From: Pelagomonas calceolata
Lineage: Eukaryota
Length of the DNA stretch: 64,000 nucleotides
NCBI GenBank assembly: GCA_918797485.1
Contig: CAKKNE010000004.1
Coordinates: 496,001 to 560,000 of the forward strand
Direction: 5' to 3'
Both the position numbers and the translations under genes were made by a program. Shown here piece after piece: positions 1 to 10,735 of the stretch. The notes under the pieces are model-generated. The model did not search any database, had not been told where the DNA came from, and worked only from the letters and a program-made list of their open reading frames with translations. How positions within the stretch are numbered: the stretch's first letter is position 1; every line of letters begins with the position of its first letter.

Positions 1-207
1 GAATCGGCGACTACGAACCGCGGCTCGGTCGACATTTCCGTCAACGGGCGACCGGTCGTTACGGGGCTGGCAGTCAATTACAAGCCCCTCTCGTCGATCA
101 GTGTCTACAACTTTTCCGGTGGAAGATGTGAGATCGGAGAAATCGAGGTGTGGTACAAGGTGGCTGAAGCAAATCAGATGTGGGATGAATACGCCCCCAT
201 CCTATGA
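1..207 (+). CDS. 3' end of a gene entering from the left; beta-rich, possibly ConA/laminin-G-like C-terminus
   Basis: Frame 1 is open from base 1 to TGA at 205-207: ...SVDISVNGRPVVTGLAVNYKPLSSISVYNFSGGRCEIGEIEVWYK... Confidence 0.55.
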   Translation, partial: ESATTNRGSVDISVNGRPVVTGLAVNYKPLSSISVYNFSGGRCEIGEIEVWYKVAEANQMWDEYAPIL

Positions 208-226
208 GTAAGTATGTGCAACGCGT

Positions 227-250
227 GCTAGCGGCATGTAAGACACTAGC
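227..250 (+). promoter_or_regulatory. Conserved upstream motif, copy 1 (GCTAGCGGCATGTAAGACACTAGC)
   Basis: Matches 7 other copies; lies 157 bp upstream of the NEK ATG. The regulatory role is inferred. Confidence 0.6.
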
Positions 251-406
251 AAAAAAAGCGCTGTGGCGCAGCGCAAAAGCTGGGCCGTGCCTGTGCCACA
301 CCGGCAGGGGAACGCAGAGAGAGGCAGCCCCGCCCGGCGGCACGCCGTCGCAGGCAAGGGCAGCCCCGCGCGCGGTCGCGCTGCGCCGCGCCATCGCAGA
401 AACACA

Positions 407-1960
407 ATGGACCAATTTGTTGTGGTGGACCAATTGGGCGCCGGCGCCTTCGGGCGAGCTTTGTTATGCAGAGACAAGTCGACGCGCGAGTTCGTCGTGA
501 TCAAAGAAATAAGGTGCGCGGACAAGGCCGCGCGGGACGAAGCTAGACGGGAGGCGGAACTGCTGCGGAAGCATTCGCATCCTAATGTGTGCCGCTTGAT
601 AGCGTCCTTTTCAAGTGATGAGCAGAAGCGCTTCTATCTCGTGCTGGAGCACTGCGACGGCGGCGACCTGAGCCAAGCTATTAGTAAAAGAAGATCAGAA
701 AGACGACCGTATCCGGAGCACGAAGCAGCTTCAATATTTGTCATGATCACATTGGCACTGAGGCATGTGCATGCGAGACGCATCGTCCATCGCGACGTGA
801 AGGCTGCCAACGTTTTTCTGACAAAGAAAGGCGTGGCCAAGCTTGGTGATTTTGGAGTTTCGAGACAACTGGACGTGTCCGGTGGCGGCGCGACGCAGTT
901 GGCTTCCACCAGAATCGGCACGCCCTACTACTTGGCGCCGGAGATCTTCGAAGGGAAACCCTATGGGAGAAGTGCGGACGTCTGGTCGCTTGGCGTGCTG
1001 TTTTACGAGATTCTGGTGCTGCGGATGCCCTTCGAGGCTAACTCGCTCGCCGCCTTATGTGTAAAGATCACGCAGTCGAGAGCTCCCAACGTCATCGGGT
1101 ACTCGGCGGCGTGCGCCGAGCTCGTCGCGTCATTACTGCATAAGAACGCGGAGAAACGACCACTCACCGATGCCTTGGTTAAAGACGCGTACGTGCGCAA
1201 GCACATGCCCAGCGCCGTCGCGGCGGCGCGTTCGACTCGTATCAATGCCAATGACACGACTCAAGACGACACCACTGATGAAGAGGACGTTGTGGAGACT
1301 GTGATCACGAAGCGCGTCGAGGACATGCTGCCGGCGGGGTTGGGGGCCGAGTACGCTAGATGTAGGGCCGAAGCTTTACGGAACCGGCGGCACCAGGAAG
1401 GGGATCCTGCCGAGGCGCCCTCGCCGCGACGAACCGCGAGGCGGAACCAGGCCTTGGCCTTGCAACGAGATTATGAGGCGCGCCAGAAGGAGTTGCAACA
1501 AGCGGCGTCGCAGCAGTACCGCGAGAACCGGCGCTTCCGCGCCGCGCGCGTCCGCGAGGAGCGCGAGCGGATTGTTAGTGGAGGCTGCGCGGACGACGTC
1601 GTCGAGGTGGCCGCGGACCCGCGTGATTATCGGGAGAAGCTCGCGGACCAGTACCGCGAGAACCGGGCCAAGGCCCGAAGTTACGAGCGCCGCGCACGCG
1701 ACGACTTACAAGGCCCGTGCGTCGACCTGCGCGGCGCGGCGCGCGGCGCGGCGAACCTCGAGAAGCGCATGCGGGAAAAACGGGAGAAGGAGGCCCATGA
1801 TCGGGACTTGAGGGATGCGCTCGCGGAAGAAGCGGCCCGCTACCAGGCGGAAGCGCGCCACGCGAAGCAGGCGGTGGCACTGGACTTCACGGAGGCGCCT
1901 CGACGAAAGCCCCCGCGGCGCCTCTTGCGTTCGATTCCTCCTGAGGAGGGCGCGGATTAA
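407..1960 (+). CDS. NIMA-related (NEK) Ser/Thr protein kinase with coiled-coil C-terminus
   Basis: Motifs LGAGAFG, VVIKEI, HRDVKAANVFL, KLGDFG, IGTPYYLAPE and DVWSLG; first ATG at 407 (MDQFVVV). Confidence 0.92.
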   Translation: MDQFVVVDQLGAGAFGRALLCRDKSTREFVVIKEIRCADKAARDEARREAELLRKHSHPNVCRLIASFSSDEQKRFYLVLEHCDGGDLSQAISKRRSERRPYPEHEAASIFVMITLALRHVHARRIVHRDVKAANVFLTKKGVAKLGDFGVSRQLDVSGGGATQLASTRIGTPYYLAPEIFEGKPYGRSADVWSLGVLFYEILVLRMPFEANSLAALCVKITQSRAPNVIGYSAACAELVASLLHKNAEKRPLTDALVKDAYVRKHMPSAVAAARSTRINANDTTQDDTTDEEDVVETVITKRVEDMLPAGLGAEYARCRAEALRNRRHQEGDPAEAPSPRRTARRNQALALQRDYEARQKELQQAASQQYRENRRFRAARVREERERIVSGGCADDVVEVAADPRDYREKLADQYRENRAKARSYERRARDDLQGPCVDLRGAARGAANLEKRMREKREKEAHDRDLRDALAEEAARYQAEARHAKQAVALDFTEAPRRKPPRRLLRSIPPEEGAD

Positions 1961-1974
1961 GCTAGTTGTGTGAC

Positions 1975-2490
1975 TTAGTCCTGCTTGTTGTAGCTGAGCC
2001 CCTGGTACGTCAGTGAATGCTCGAAAAGGACGCGCTGCACGGGGTCCTCGCCCCGTTCGAGCTTCTTGTACTTGTAGGCCTCGAGGAACGCGGGGTCGTC
2101 GGTGGGGCCGAGGTGGTCACGAATGAGTTTCGGAACCGACGTGTCGTTCTCCCACATGATCAGGGGGCACCCGTGCATCAGCGTCTTCCCAACAGCAAGA
2201 AGCGCCTGCACAGGCTCGGCGTCCTTGCCCTTGTCGTAGAGGCTATCGATCTTGCCGCGGGCGTCGAGGAGCCAGTAGAGAAGTTTCGGGAGCGGCCGGC
2301 CGACGGCGTCCTTCGCGAGCGCCGGGAGCGTGTCCTCGAGGTATGCGTCCATGAAGTCCAGATCCGTCGTCACGCGCGGCACGATGTCCATCCAGGCGAT
2401 CAGATTGACGCACCGCGATGACACGTCGCTCACAAAAGCTTTGGTAGCGTCGTCCGATTTGGAGACGTCCTGGATGATGGCGCCCGGCGC
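1975..2490 (-). pseudogene. C-terminal half of a class-3 lipase-like alpha/beta hydrolase; 5'-truncated or missing an upstream exon
   Basis: CVNLIAWMDIVPRV (N..DIVP, catalytic Asp motif) and LFEHSLTY (catalytic His motif); no GxSxG or in-frame start seen upstream. Confidence 0.5.
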
Positions 2491-2758
2491 GCGCGCTCTG
2501 CAGCAGTGTTGTGTGGGCAGGCTGCATTAGATGCGTATTTTTCGTTGGCTTTGGCTCGCGCCGGGCCGCGACGTGTGTCTGTGTTGTAAATCTATCCAAA
2601 CGATGGTCAAAACCCTGTTTCGTTGCGCGGCGATTCACGGCACCAAACCCGTTTTTCCAAACCCTGAGCCAAAATATACAAGGCATCTCTCTCCGCGCGA
2701 CGCCGCCCTTGTGGTCACTATTTAGTATATGTACACGACCCCGTCCGACCGGGAGGGG

Positions 2759-3790
2759 CTACAGCGTCCGCGCCGCCGCGAGCGCCGCGAGGCACCACAA
2801 CGCGCCGGACGCGCGGAGCGCCACGTCCCGCGGGTACGCGTCGGCGGCGCCCCACCGCAGCGCAAATTCCGCGGCGCACGCCGCGCCGACGGCTGCAAAA
2901 GCAATGACGCGCGAGGGATGCCGCGGCGCCGCGAGCGCCGCGAGCGCCGTCGGCGACGGCGACTCTTCGGGCACTGTAAGCGGGGACGACATCGACGGCG
3001 CCGGCCGCACGCCGTCCTTGTCCTTGATCGGCGACCCGTCGGTGTCGGACGCCACGGACTCGACGCCGAAGAGCGAGTGGCCACTATGATCGAAGGACTG
3101 GCGGTCGAACGACGAGCACGACCCGTGCTTGCGCATCGAGTACTTGTCCTTTTCCTCGCGAAACCCAAAAATCGTCGACCGCTCGAGCGTCATGGCCGGG
3201 CAGTCCCTACGAGCCGGTGGTTGTGGGGGCCGCTGCTTCCGAGCAGGAGACACTTCGCCCGTCTCCGAGAAGGTCCGTTGCTTGGGCGGCGCCACGACGG
3301 CCCCTTCGCTCGACGACTCGAAGGGCCCGATGCCGAGCGGTCCCAGGAACGACGCGCCGCTCGTGTCGAAGCCACTACTTTCGGTCGTATTTAAGCCCTC
3401 CTCCGTCGCCACGTCCCGCAGATGGGACGCCGTCGAGGAGGCCGTGTCCTGTTGGCTGAGTTGTTTTCTGCTGGACGACGACGTGTCGTGGGCGGACGTG
3501 TCCTGCTGGGCGAGGGGTTTCCTGCTGGACGAGGAGGACGTGTCGTGGGCCATCTGGCGGGGGCCCGTGGCGTTGAGGCCGTCGCTGCCGGCGGACTCGA
3601 TCGTGGAGAGCCGCGCCGCGGCGGCCGGGCGGGCGGCGAGGGCGCCGGGCCGCAGCGCGGCCCAGCGGCCCTTCGGCGGCGCGGGATCCGGCCGCGACGC
3701 GGCCGCGAGCCGCGCCTTGAACGCGGCGACCTGGTGCGGCGCTGCCCGGGCCATGCCGCGTCCAGAGCCACTTCCAGAGCTGTCCATCAT
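2759..3790 (-). CDS. Hypothetical Ser-rich protein with hydrophobic C-terminal segments
   Basis: 343-aa ATG-initiated ORF; internal duplication AHDTSSSS(S)RKxLxQQDT. Confidence 0.5.
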   Translation of the reverse strand: MMDSSGSGSGRGMARAAPHQVAAFKARLAAASRPDPAPPKGRWAALRPGALAARPAAAARLSTIESAGSDGLNATGPRQMAHDTSSSSSRKPLAQQDTSAHDTSSSSRKQLSQQDTASSTASHLRDVATEEGLNTTESSGFDTSGASFLGPLGIGPFESSSEGAVVAPPKQRTFSETGEVSPARKQRPPQPPARRDCPAMTLERSTIFGFREEKDKYSMRKHGSCSSFDRQSFDHSGHSLFGVESVASDTDGSPIKDKDGVRPAPSMSSPLTVPEESPSPTALAALAAPRHPSRVIAFAAVGAACAAEFALRWGAADAYPRDVALRASGALWCLAALAAARTL

Positions 3791-4164
3791 GTTAGCCAGC
3801 GCGCTAGCGCGCTACCGGGCCCGCGGCAACTCTTAAGGGCAACAACCCAAATCCATTCTTTAGTGCTCGGTGCCACTTCGCACGACGGAGAGGCGTGTGC
3901 GTTGTGGTCTGGATGTCGGCAGGCGACTTTTCCTCGCTTGTTACAGCCTAGGGCGTGAGCCTAGGCCGAGTTTCGCGAGGCCAGCTCGAGCCTCCGCCTC
4001 TAGAGCTCGTGTCGCTAGCTCGCTGGGGTTTCCGGCGAAACACGATTCCAAAGCCTCCTCACAGACATCGAAAGGCCTTGGCAAACCTGCTCAAATACCC
4101 AAGTTTCAGCCTGCAGGGCAGAGAGCGCTGCACATGCACGCCGCCGGCGCTGCCCCACACAACC

Positions 4165-5351
4165 ATGCCACAGCCTGACCCCAAGGCTTTGCACGCCGCG
4201 CTCCAGAAATATGCCGAAGCGTCCATCCAGAAAGAAACGGCCTGCCTCACGCAGGAGCTTGGGCTCCAATACCAGGTACTGTACACTGCGTCCGACGCTC
4301 CGTCGCGTACGCCATCGACGCGACTCGTCCATCAGAGGAGGCGCGTCGCTCGCAGGTTTTGCATCTGGGCAACCGCGTCCAGGACCGGTTGATTAGACGC
4401 TCGAGGAAGGCGGTCCGCATGATGGACAACGGGAAATCCATCGATGACTTGCCAGACGGAGGCTGGGAGCCCCCCGTCGATACGACGCTGCGCAAGTCCT
4501 CGCGAATGCGACGATCGCAGCGAATCCCGGGCGTCACGCTGGACGACGGGTCGTCCTTCCGCGAAAACATGAAAAGACTAGAGAAGGGCTGGCGGGGTTC
4601 ACCCGGCTGCAAGGCCCAGAATTTATTGACTTTCTCACTGAGCGCAAACAAACTCGTGAACCGTGATCGCATCATGTACTGCGGAGGCGATGCCACGATC
4701 CCGGGCTTGGTAGGGACACCGGCCTCGCAAGAACATCAAAATGATAGGAAGGCGAAAGTCGCGGGAGGCCGAGACTTCTCACTCACCGAATTTATTCACT
4801 GCGTGAGGACTGGGAAGGGCGGCATGGGCATGTTGAATGCTGGGTTACCGAACGGCCAGAAGCTCTCGGACTTGTCCGATAAGAAGCTCGCCAAAATCTT
4901 TCAAGAGATCGACGAGGACCAGTCGAATTCACTTAGTTTTGACGAATTTATTCATGCGGTCGAGGTCTGGGAGATCGGTCGAACGGCGGCGCGCGATCGC
5001 CGGCGGAAGGCTCGTGAGGAGGTTTGTTGGAGAGGGGGGATTTCCAAACAAAAGTTTGTGCAACGCGTGCGGGACGCGGGTCGTATTGGTGGTTTTGGGC
5101 AGGTCCTCGCTCGGGGCCGGAAGCTGCGGGACCATTCTACGCGGGAGCTGCGGGCTTTATTTGACGTGATCGATGACGACGGGAACGGTTCGTTAACGGC
5201 GAAGGAATTTATTGATGGGTTGGAGGCGTTGGACGACGAGCGGCCGGCGTCGCCGAAGAAGCGGCCGGGCGCGCTCGCGGCGGCGGTGGCTTCGGCGCCC
5301 GCGGCGGCGACGGCGTCTACCGCGGCGTCTTCTACCGCGGCGACGGCGTAA
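4165..5351 (+). CDS. EF-hand calcium-binding protein, join(4165..4275,4356..5351)
   Basis: EF loops DEDQSNSLSFDE and DDDGNGSLTAKE; a GT-AG intron at 4276..4355 joins the two ORFs in frame. Confidence 0.75.
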
Positions 5352-5392
5352 TATATACTTGTTAATAGTCCTACTTGCGGCCGAAATCGATT

Positions 5393-5416
5393 CCTAGTGT
5401 CTTACAGGCCGCTAGC
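5393..5416 (-). promoter_or_regulatory. Conserved upstream motif, copy 2
   Basis: CCTAGTGTCTTACAGGCCGCTAGC; about 240 bp upstream of the acyl-CoA synthetase ATG. Confidence 0.6.
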
Positions 5417-5653
5417 ATTACATGTATTGCGAGAGCCTAGCTTAAACTTGGGTCTGCGCAGCAGAACTAGGCATCTGTGTGCAGCCAAACTGTCACACAA
5501 AGTTACCTTCAACGACGCGCTAACTCTCTCCGCAATTGCCGCGAGCTAGAACCACGAAGCGGTCGCGTACAAAGCCTCAAAAGCCGGCCTGTGTTTCTGG
5601 ACCCAGATCACGCAATCGACGCGACACCTCCGTAGAAAACTAGCAAAAAAGTC

Positions 5654-7585
5654 ATGCCAAGCAGCCGATTAAAAACAACAGCAGCCGTCTGGGGCGGCGT
5701 AGGCCTCGCCGCGATCACGATAAGAGCTCTAAAGCGCTGGCGCAACCGCAAACGCGAAGAACGCATCGCGAAGCAAGGCGGCCGCCTGCCCGACTGCCCC
5801 ACCGTCGTCCATGCCTTAGCCAAGCGCGCTACGGAAACACCGGACGCCGTCGCCCTCGTCGCCTGCGACGGCACACAATACACGTGGGCCCAGTACGACA
5901 ATGAGTCCTCCGCCTTCGCCCGGTCATTGATAGAGCTCGGCGAGAAGCAGGGCGTCGCCGTGCACGCCTTCAACGAGCCGCGCTGGTTCTTCGCCGCGCT
6001 AGGCGCTCTCAAGGCGGGCTGGACCGTGTCCGGGATATATACGACCAATACGTATGAGCAAGCGGCGCACATCATCAGAACGAGCGGCGTCCGCGTCTTG
6101 GTGCTGGAGTCCACGAAGCAATTATCAACGACTTATAAATCGGTATTCAACGACTTTCCGGGTCTCAAAGTTGTTTTATTGGACGCTACTCAGACGTCGA
6201 AGGTGCGACCCGCTCTAGCTTATGATTCCTTCGTGCGGCGGGGCGGCGCGCGCTTGTCCATCACGGCATCGTCGTCAGATGTCGCCTCGCTCGTCTACAC
6301 GTCGGGCACGACGGGAAATCCAAAAGCTGTTGAATTGACGCACAACAGTGTCAGGGAGGTCTGCGCGATGATGCATGCTCGGATTCCGCTGGATGAGCGC
6401 ACAAGACTCGTGTCGTACCTACCTCTCTCGCATATCGCGGCCATGGGTATTGATGTTTATTCGGCGATTTACTGCGGCGCCCAAGTGCACTTCGCCGACG
6501 CGATGGCTCTGAAGGGGTCGCTCAAAAATACGTTACTACAATGTAGACCTACTTTATTCTTCGGCGTGCCGCGCGTCTGGGAGAAGATGGCCGCGGCGAT
6601 GCAATCGAAGGCAAAGGAGGCGTACGCCGCCAGCAAGGCGAAGAAGGCGATTGGTACAGCGGCGAAGAAAGTGGGCGGCCTCTGGTGGCACGAGCACACT
6701 CCTGAAATTTTCAGAGTTGTGTTAGCGGCGCCGTTCGGGCTCTTCAAAATTCTCGCGTATAAAAAAGTGCGAAAGGCGTGCGGCCTCGACAGGTGCACGC
6801 TGTTGTACACGGGCGCGGCGCCGTTGTCCGAAGCGACGCAGCGCTATTTGCGGTCGCTGGACATGCCGCTCCTGGAGGTCTTCGGCATGAGCGAGAGCTG
6901 TGGTGCTATTGCCGTCTGCGGACCCTTAGATGGTGCAAGGCCGGTAGGTGCTTGTGGGAGGCCGCTGCCGCGGGGCGAGGTCGAGATCGGCGGCGACGGC
7001 GAGGTGCTGTGGAGAGGAGGTAACGTCATGCGCGGCTACCGCGGTTTGCGAAAGGCCACGGACGAGGCCGTCGACCCGAGCAGTCGCCAGCTCCACACGG
7101 GGGATCTGGGCGAGATCGACGGAGACGGCTACCTGCGGATCACGGGTCGCAAGAAAGATTTAATTATCACGGCGGGCGGCGAGAACGTCGCTCCCACGCC
7201 CATCGAGAACGTCTTGTGTTCATTGATTCCGCGCTGCGGCCACGTCGTGCTGATAGGCGACCGCAAGAAGTATCTGGCCGCATTAGTCGCCCCGTCGGAC
7301 GACACCACGAAGCCGCCGTCGGCCGACGACATATCGGCTGCGTTGGAGACGTACAACAAGTCGCACGCGAAGTCGCGGGCCCAGACGGTCCAGAAGTGCC
7401 GCGTGCTCGATCGGTGCTTCTCGGTGGATGGTGGTGAACTCACGCCGACCATGAAGGTGAAAAGGGCGGCCGTCATCAAGACCTATTCCGAGGACGTCGA
7501 CGCGTTGTACGCCACTTCTTCTCTAGTTTCTTACTCAACGGAAAACATCCTCGACGTGGCCGCCGCGGCGCGCGCGGCGCCCTAG
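5654..7585 (+). CDS. Long-chain fatty acyl-CoA synthetase (bubblegum/ACSBG-like)
   Basis: AMP-binding YTSGTTGNPK, YLPLSHIAA, FGMSES, HTGDLG, GRKKDLIITAGGENVAP and GELTPTMKVKR. Confidence 0.93.
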   Translation: MPSSRLKTTAAVWGGVGLAAITIRALKRWRNRKREERIAKQGGRLPDCPTVVHALAKRATETPDAVALVACDGTQYTWAQYDNESSAFARSLIELGEKQGVAVHAFNEPRWFFAALGALKAGWTVSGIYTTNTYEQAAHIIRTSGVRVLVLESTKQLSTTYKSVFNDFPGLKVVLLDATQTSKVRPALAYDSFVRRGGARLSITASSSDVASLVYTSGTTGNPKAVELTHNSVREVCAMMHARIPLDERTRLVSYLPLSHIAAMGIDVYSAIYCGAQVHFADAMALKGSLKNTLLQCRPTLFFGVPRVWEKMAAAMQSKAKEAYAASKAKKAIGTAAKKVGGLWWHEHTPEIFRVVLAAPFGLFKILAYKKVRKACGLDRCTLLYTGAAPLSEATQRYLRSLDMPLLEVFGMSESCGAIAVCGPLDGARPVGACGRPLPRGEVEIGGDGEVLWRGGNVMRGYRGLRKATDEAVDPSSRQLHTGDLGEIDGDGYLRITGRKKDLIITAGGENVAPTPIENVLCSLIPRCGHVVLIGDRKKYLAALVAPSDDTTKPPSADDISAALETYNKSHAKSRAQTVQKCRVLDRCFSVDGGELTPTMKVKRAAVIKTYSEDVDALYATSSLVSYSTENILDVAAAARAAP

Positions 7586-7648
7586 GAGGCGCTAAGACTA
7601 CAAGTCTGCGAAACTTACCCACCCTACTGCAATTTCAAGCGCAACGCC

Positions 7649-8820
7649 CTACGCGTTGAAGAAGAACGGGACCGAGCCCGGGATGAAGTGCGCCGCGCTG
7701 AACGCCATGATGCCGAGCATCGCCGCGCGGCCTGCGTGGGTAGTAGTGAATTTCTGCGCACTGGCTGGAGGCGTCTGCGTCATGTCGACCGGTGGGGGGG
7801 CCGGTCCCTCGAACGCCGCCAACGCGAAAAAATGGACGCGGCGCGCCACCGTTCTTGAGCTCCTTGATCTGCTGCTCCTCCATGACGTCCGCCGACCGCA
7901 TGACGCGGTAGCCGAGGTCGCCCGGCTCGCGCTTCATGTCGCCGCTCCACGCGCCCTCCGGGAACGTGTAGCCCTCCGTGAGGCCGATGAAAAGGAGGAT
8001 CTGCGCCATGCCCATCGGGTTCGTCGCGAAGGCGCTCGGCGTCGCCTCGAAGGGGTTGACGCCCTTCTCGTAGAACATGCCGTTCAGCTTGCCGTCAAAG
8101 TGCATGCCATAGGACTGGACCAATGCGCCGGTGAAGGCCAACATGGCCACGCGGCCGTGCCTGGGCGGACATCGCGCGGTGAGTTCAGGGTACAATTGCG
8201 TGGACCTTCGCGGCCCTCCACGCCATCGAACCGCCGCGGTCACGGTGAAAACATCGCGTCGATGGCGTCGCGCCGCTTTCTCTCTCTCTCATCAGTAAGT
8301 AGCTCGAAGACGAGAAACCTCGAGATGCAGTATATGGAATGCCCGTTTCGACGATCTCTCACGTACTTCGGGCTTCCTTCCGGAGTTCTATGACTCCACC
8401 TCAGACGCACCAGCCAGTCCTAGGGGATGGCCTAGGAGCTGGCGCGTACACCAAGAGTAAGCTACTGCGTTTGGTGAGGTACTGCTACGAAGTAGAACGT
8501 CGCTTGTCACGCTGAAGGTCGGTCGAAGATGTGAGTTCGGCGCAGATCCCGTGCTTGATCTCGGCCTCGCGCATCCACTGCTGCGACGGCACGACGCCGG
8601 CGTGCTCCGAGCCCTGGATGTTCTCGTGCAGCTTCGAGAAGCCGATCGGGTCCCAGGGGCCCTCCCCGGGCATGGGGTCGCCGGCCTGGACGCCGCCCGA
8701 CATGCCCTTGAGCGACGCCGCGGCCTCGGCCTTCAATGCCGTCGACGCGGCGGGCGCCGCGGGCGCCACGAGGCCCGCGGCCGGCGCGATGAGCGCCAGG
8801 CAGACGGCGACTCGGGCCAT
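7649..8820 (-). CDS. Light-harvesting (fucoxanthin-chlorophyll) complex protein, join(7649..7731,7850..8160,8555..8820)
   Basis: Signal peptide plus AGLVAP transit motif; WDPIGF, REAEIKHGRVAMLA and ELKNGRAAML after splicing; 660 nt spliced, in frame. Confidence 0.92.
7732..7849 (-). mobile_element. Introner-like intron (LHC intron 2)
   Basis: GT-AG; flanks GTGGCGCG / GCCGCGCG resemble an 8-bp target-site duplication (TSD); ends CCGCG...CGCAG(G). Confidence 0.55.
8161..8554 (-). mobile_element. Introner-like GC-AG intron (LHC intron 1, 394 nt)
   Basis: GCACGG is directly repeated at both junctions; imperfect TIR TCTGCGCCGA...TCCGCCCAGG; contains the CGCCATCGA / CGCGTCGATGGCG core. Confidence 0.6.
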
Positions 8821-9594
8821 CTTTTCCTAACCTGCGCGGACGAGCTCGTCGTGGGGGGGTTCGGGACTCGCGTCGTGTTCGTGTGTGTTTGCCATTCAGA
8901 GGCCAGGCAGCGCCGCGTCGGTCGCCGGCCAGCCGGCGCCGATTGCCATCAAGAAGCCAGACAGCGCCGCCGGTCAGCGCCGCCGAGAATCCGATGTCGA
9001 CCGAGCTGTCGGCCGGACGCGCAGCACCGCGACCCGTGGCGCGCCAGAGCCCGTGCCGCGGCGTGCGGTGGGTGTGCTAGCAGCCGTAAAGCGCACGTGC
9101 GGTCCCGCAAAGCGGTGCCGCGCCGCATTTGCTTGCGGCAGCTGTCGAGCTCATTTGCTCGAGAACTCCCCCGCGACCGGCTGCTCCACTTTCGCCGTGG
9201 CTCAGTATCGACAAATATCGCTTGCTGACTGCAAAATTTACTTGGCTCAGGTAGCGCGCCTAGCTCTTTAGCCTTGTTACAGCCAAAAAAGGCACGATTT
9301 GCGGCTAAAAAACACTAAATATGATCCGTCCAAAGGCAGACCAAACGCATCAAAAACCGCACAGAGCCGTGAGAGGAGAGGAAAAACAGCTCGACCGCCC
9401 GCCCAAAACCCGCACGAATAGACCAAATTGGCAGAAGAGCCTTCGAAACGTCGCTCCCAGGGCCTCGAAGCCGAGTACGAGCCGCATGGACGCAAAAGGA
9501 CGTCCAAAGGGCAAAAAAGTTTAAAATCGTTAGCGGAGATCATCCCTCTAGGGCTCTCCCCACTGTAAACAGTCGAGTGTGGTTCGCCGTATAA

Positions 9595-10635
9595 ATGCAA
9601 GCGCCACCCACCACGCCGCGCGGGGGCGCGGCCGGGGACGCGGCAACCCCGCCGGAGCCGGCGCGCCAGTCCATGGATCCACCAAAACCGCGCGCCGCGG
9701 CCACCAAGCGAAGACCTTCACCACCCTTACTAGAGACGCCCGCCAAGCGCACGCGCGGCGCGGCGCCGGCGACGACGACCGAGGAGAAGTTGACTGGTGA
9801 CGCCGACGACGCGCGGGCCCAGGCGCGCCAGAAGTTCGCGTCGCAGGACTTTGTCCAAGCCGCAGCCCTCTTCGCCGAGCATGCGGCAGCCTGCCGAGAC
9901 CCGAAGGACGCGTCGAAGGCGAGGGCCGACGAAGCCGCGGCCTGGTTGAGTGCCGGTGTAGCTGAACCCGCGAACAGAAGAGCACACGCCGAAAAAGCTT
10001 ACGAGGCGACGCAAAGCGCTTTGGCACTGGATCCGACGCACGTGCGCGCGCGACTGCGCCTGGGCAAGGTCTATGTATTGTTGGGCGACCTCGACAAGGC
10101 CCGGGAAGCGTTATCTTCACTGGCTGATCATCCCGACCAACAGATTGCTCGAGACGCGAGGAAGGCCCACGCGCGGCTCAGTCCGCAGCGCAACCCCATG
10201 GGGAGCCCGCCGTCGACGCGAACTAGGTTGCGCCGACTCGCGGCGGCGCAGCACTTGGCCGCGCTCGGCTTGGCCCCGGAGCAGTGCAGTACGCCAAACG
10301 TCAAAACGGCTCACCGGACCATCGTGGCGCGCGTCGACACGAAGTCGAAACAACCGCAGACGGCGGCTACTCGCGCGAGATTGCGGGCGGCCCAGGAGGC
10401 GTACGACACCTTGGTCGATGGCGCGTCGCGCGAAAGATACCTGTGGAAATTTGAAGTTATTGGGAGGAAGGTCGACTTAGGTGCGAAACATGGCGGCGCC
10501 GCTTTAGTGGTGGACTACGACGAGCCGACGGACACGCACGTCGTCGAGTACCCGCGCCACCGCCGGCGGGCGAATTTGCGGCTCCGGCCGCCGGACGAGG
10601 CTCCTTCCCAAACCGAGGAGTCTTCGGTGCCGTAA
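9595..10635 (+). CDS. TPR protein with a degenerate J-domain-like region
   Basis: TPR ALALDPTHVRARLRLGKVYVLLGDLDKA; J-like LAALGL...AQEAYDTLVDGASRERY without HPD. Confidence 0.65.
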   Translation: MQAPPTTPRGGAAGDAATPPEPARQSMDPPKPRAAATKRRPSPPLLETPAKRTRGAAPATTTEEKLTGDADDARAQARQKFASQDFVQAAALFAEHAAACRDPKDASKARADEAAAWLSAGVAEPANRRAHAEKAYEATQSALALDPTHVRARLRLGKVYVLLGDLDKAREALSSLADHPDQQIARDARKAHARLSPQRNPMGSPPSTRTRLRRLAAAQHLAALGLAPEQCSTPNVKTAHRTIVARVDTKSKQPQTAATRARLRAAQEAYDTLVDGASRERYLWKFEVIGRKVDLGAKHGGAALVVDYDEPTDTHVVEYPRHRRRANLRLRPPDEAPSQTEESSVP

Positions 10636-10735
10636 GGCTGTTCATAGTACATACTTTCTTAGACACATGGGGTGGCGCGTCGACGGCGTACGGGGCGGGC
10701 ATCCCGTTCCTGAGGAAGCTGGCGCTGGGACGCAC

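Noticed and set aside
9275..9590. A-skewed intergenic tract with many short A-runs
   Set aside because: No termini or second copy in the window; compatible with ordinary divergent promoter DNA
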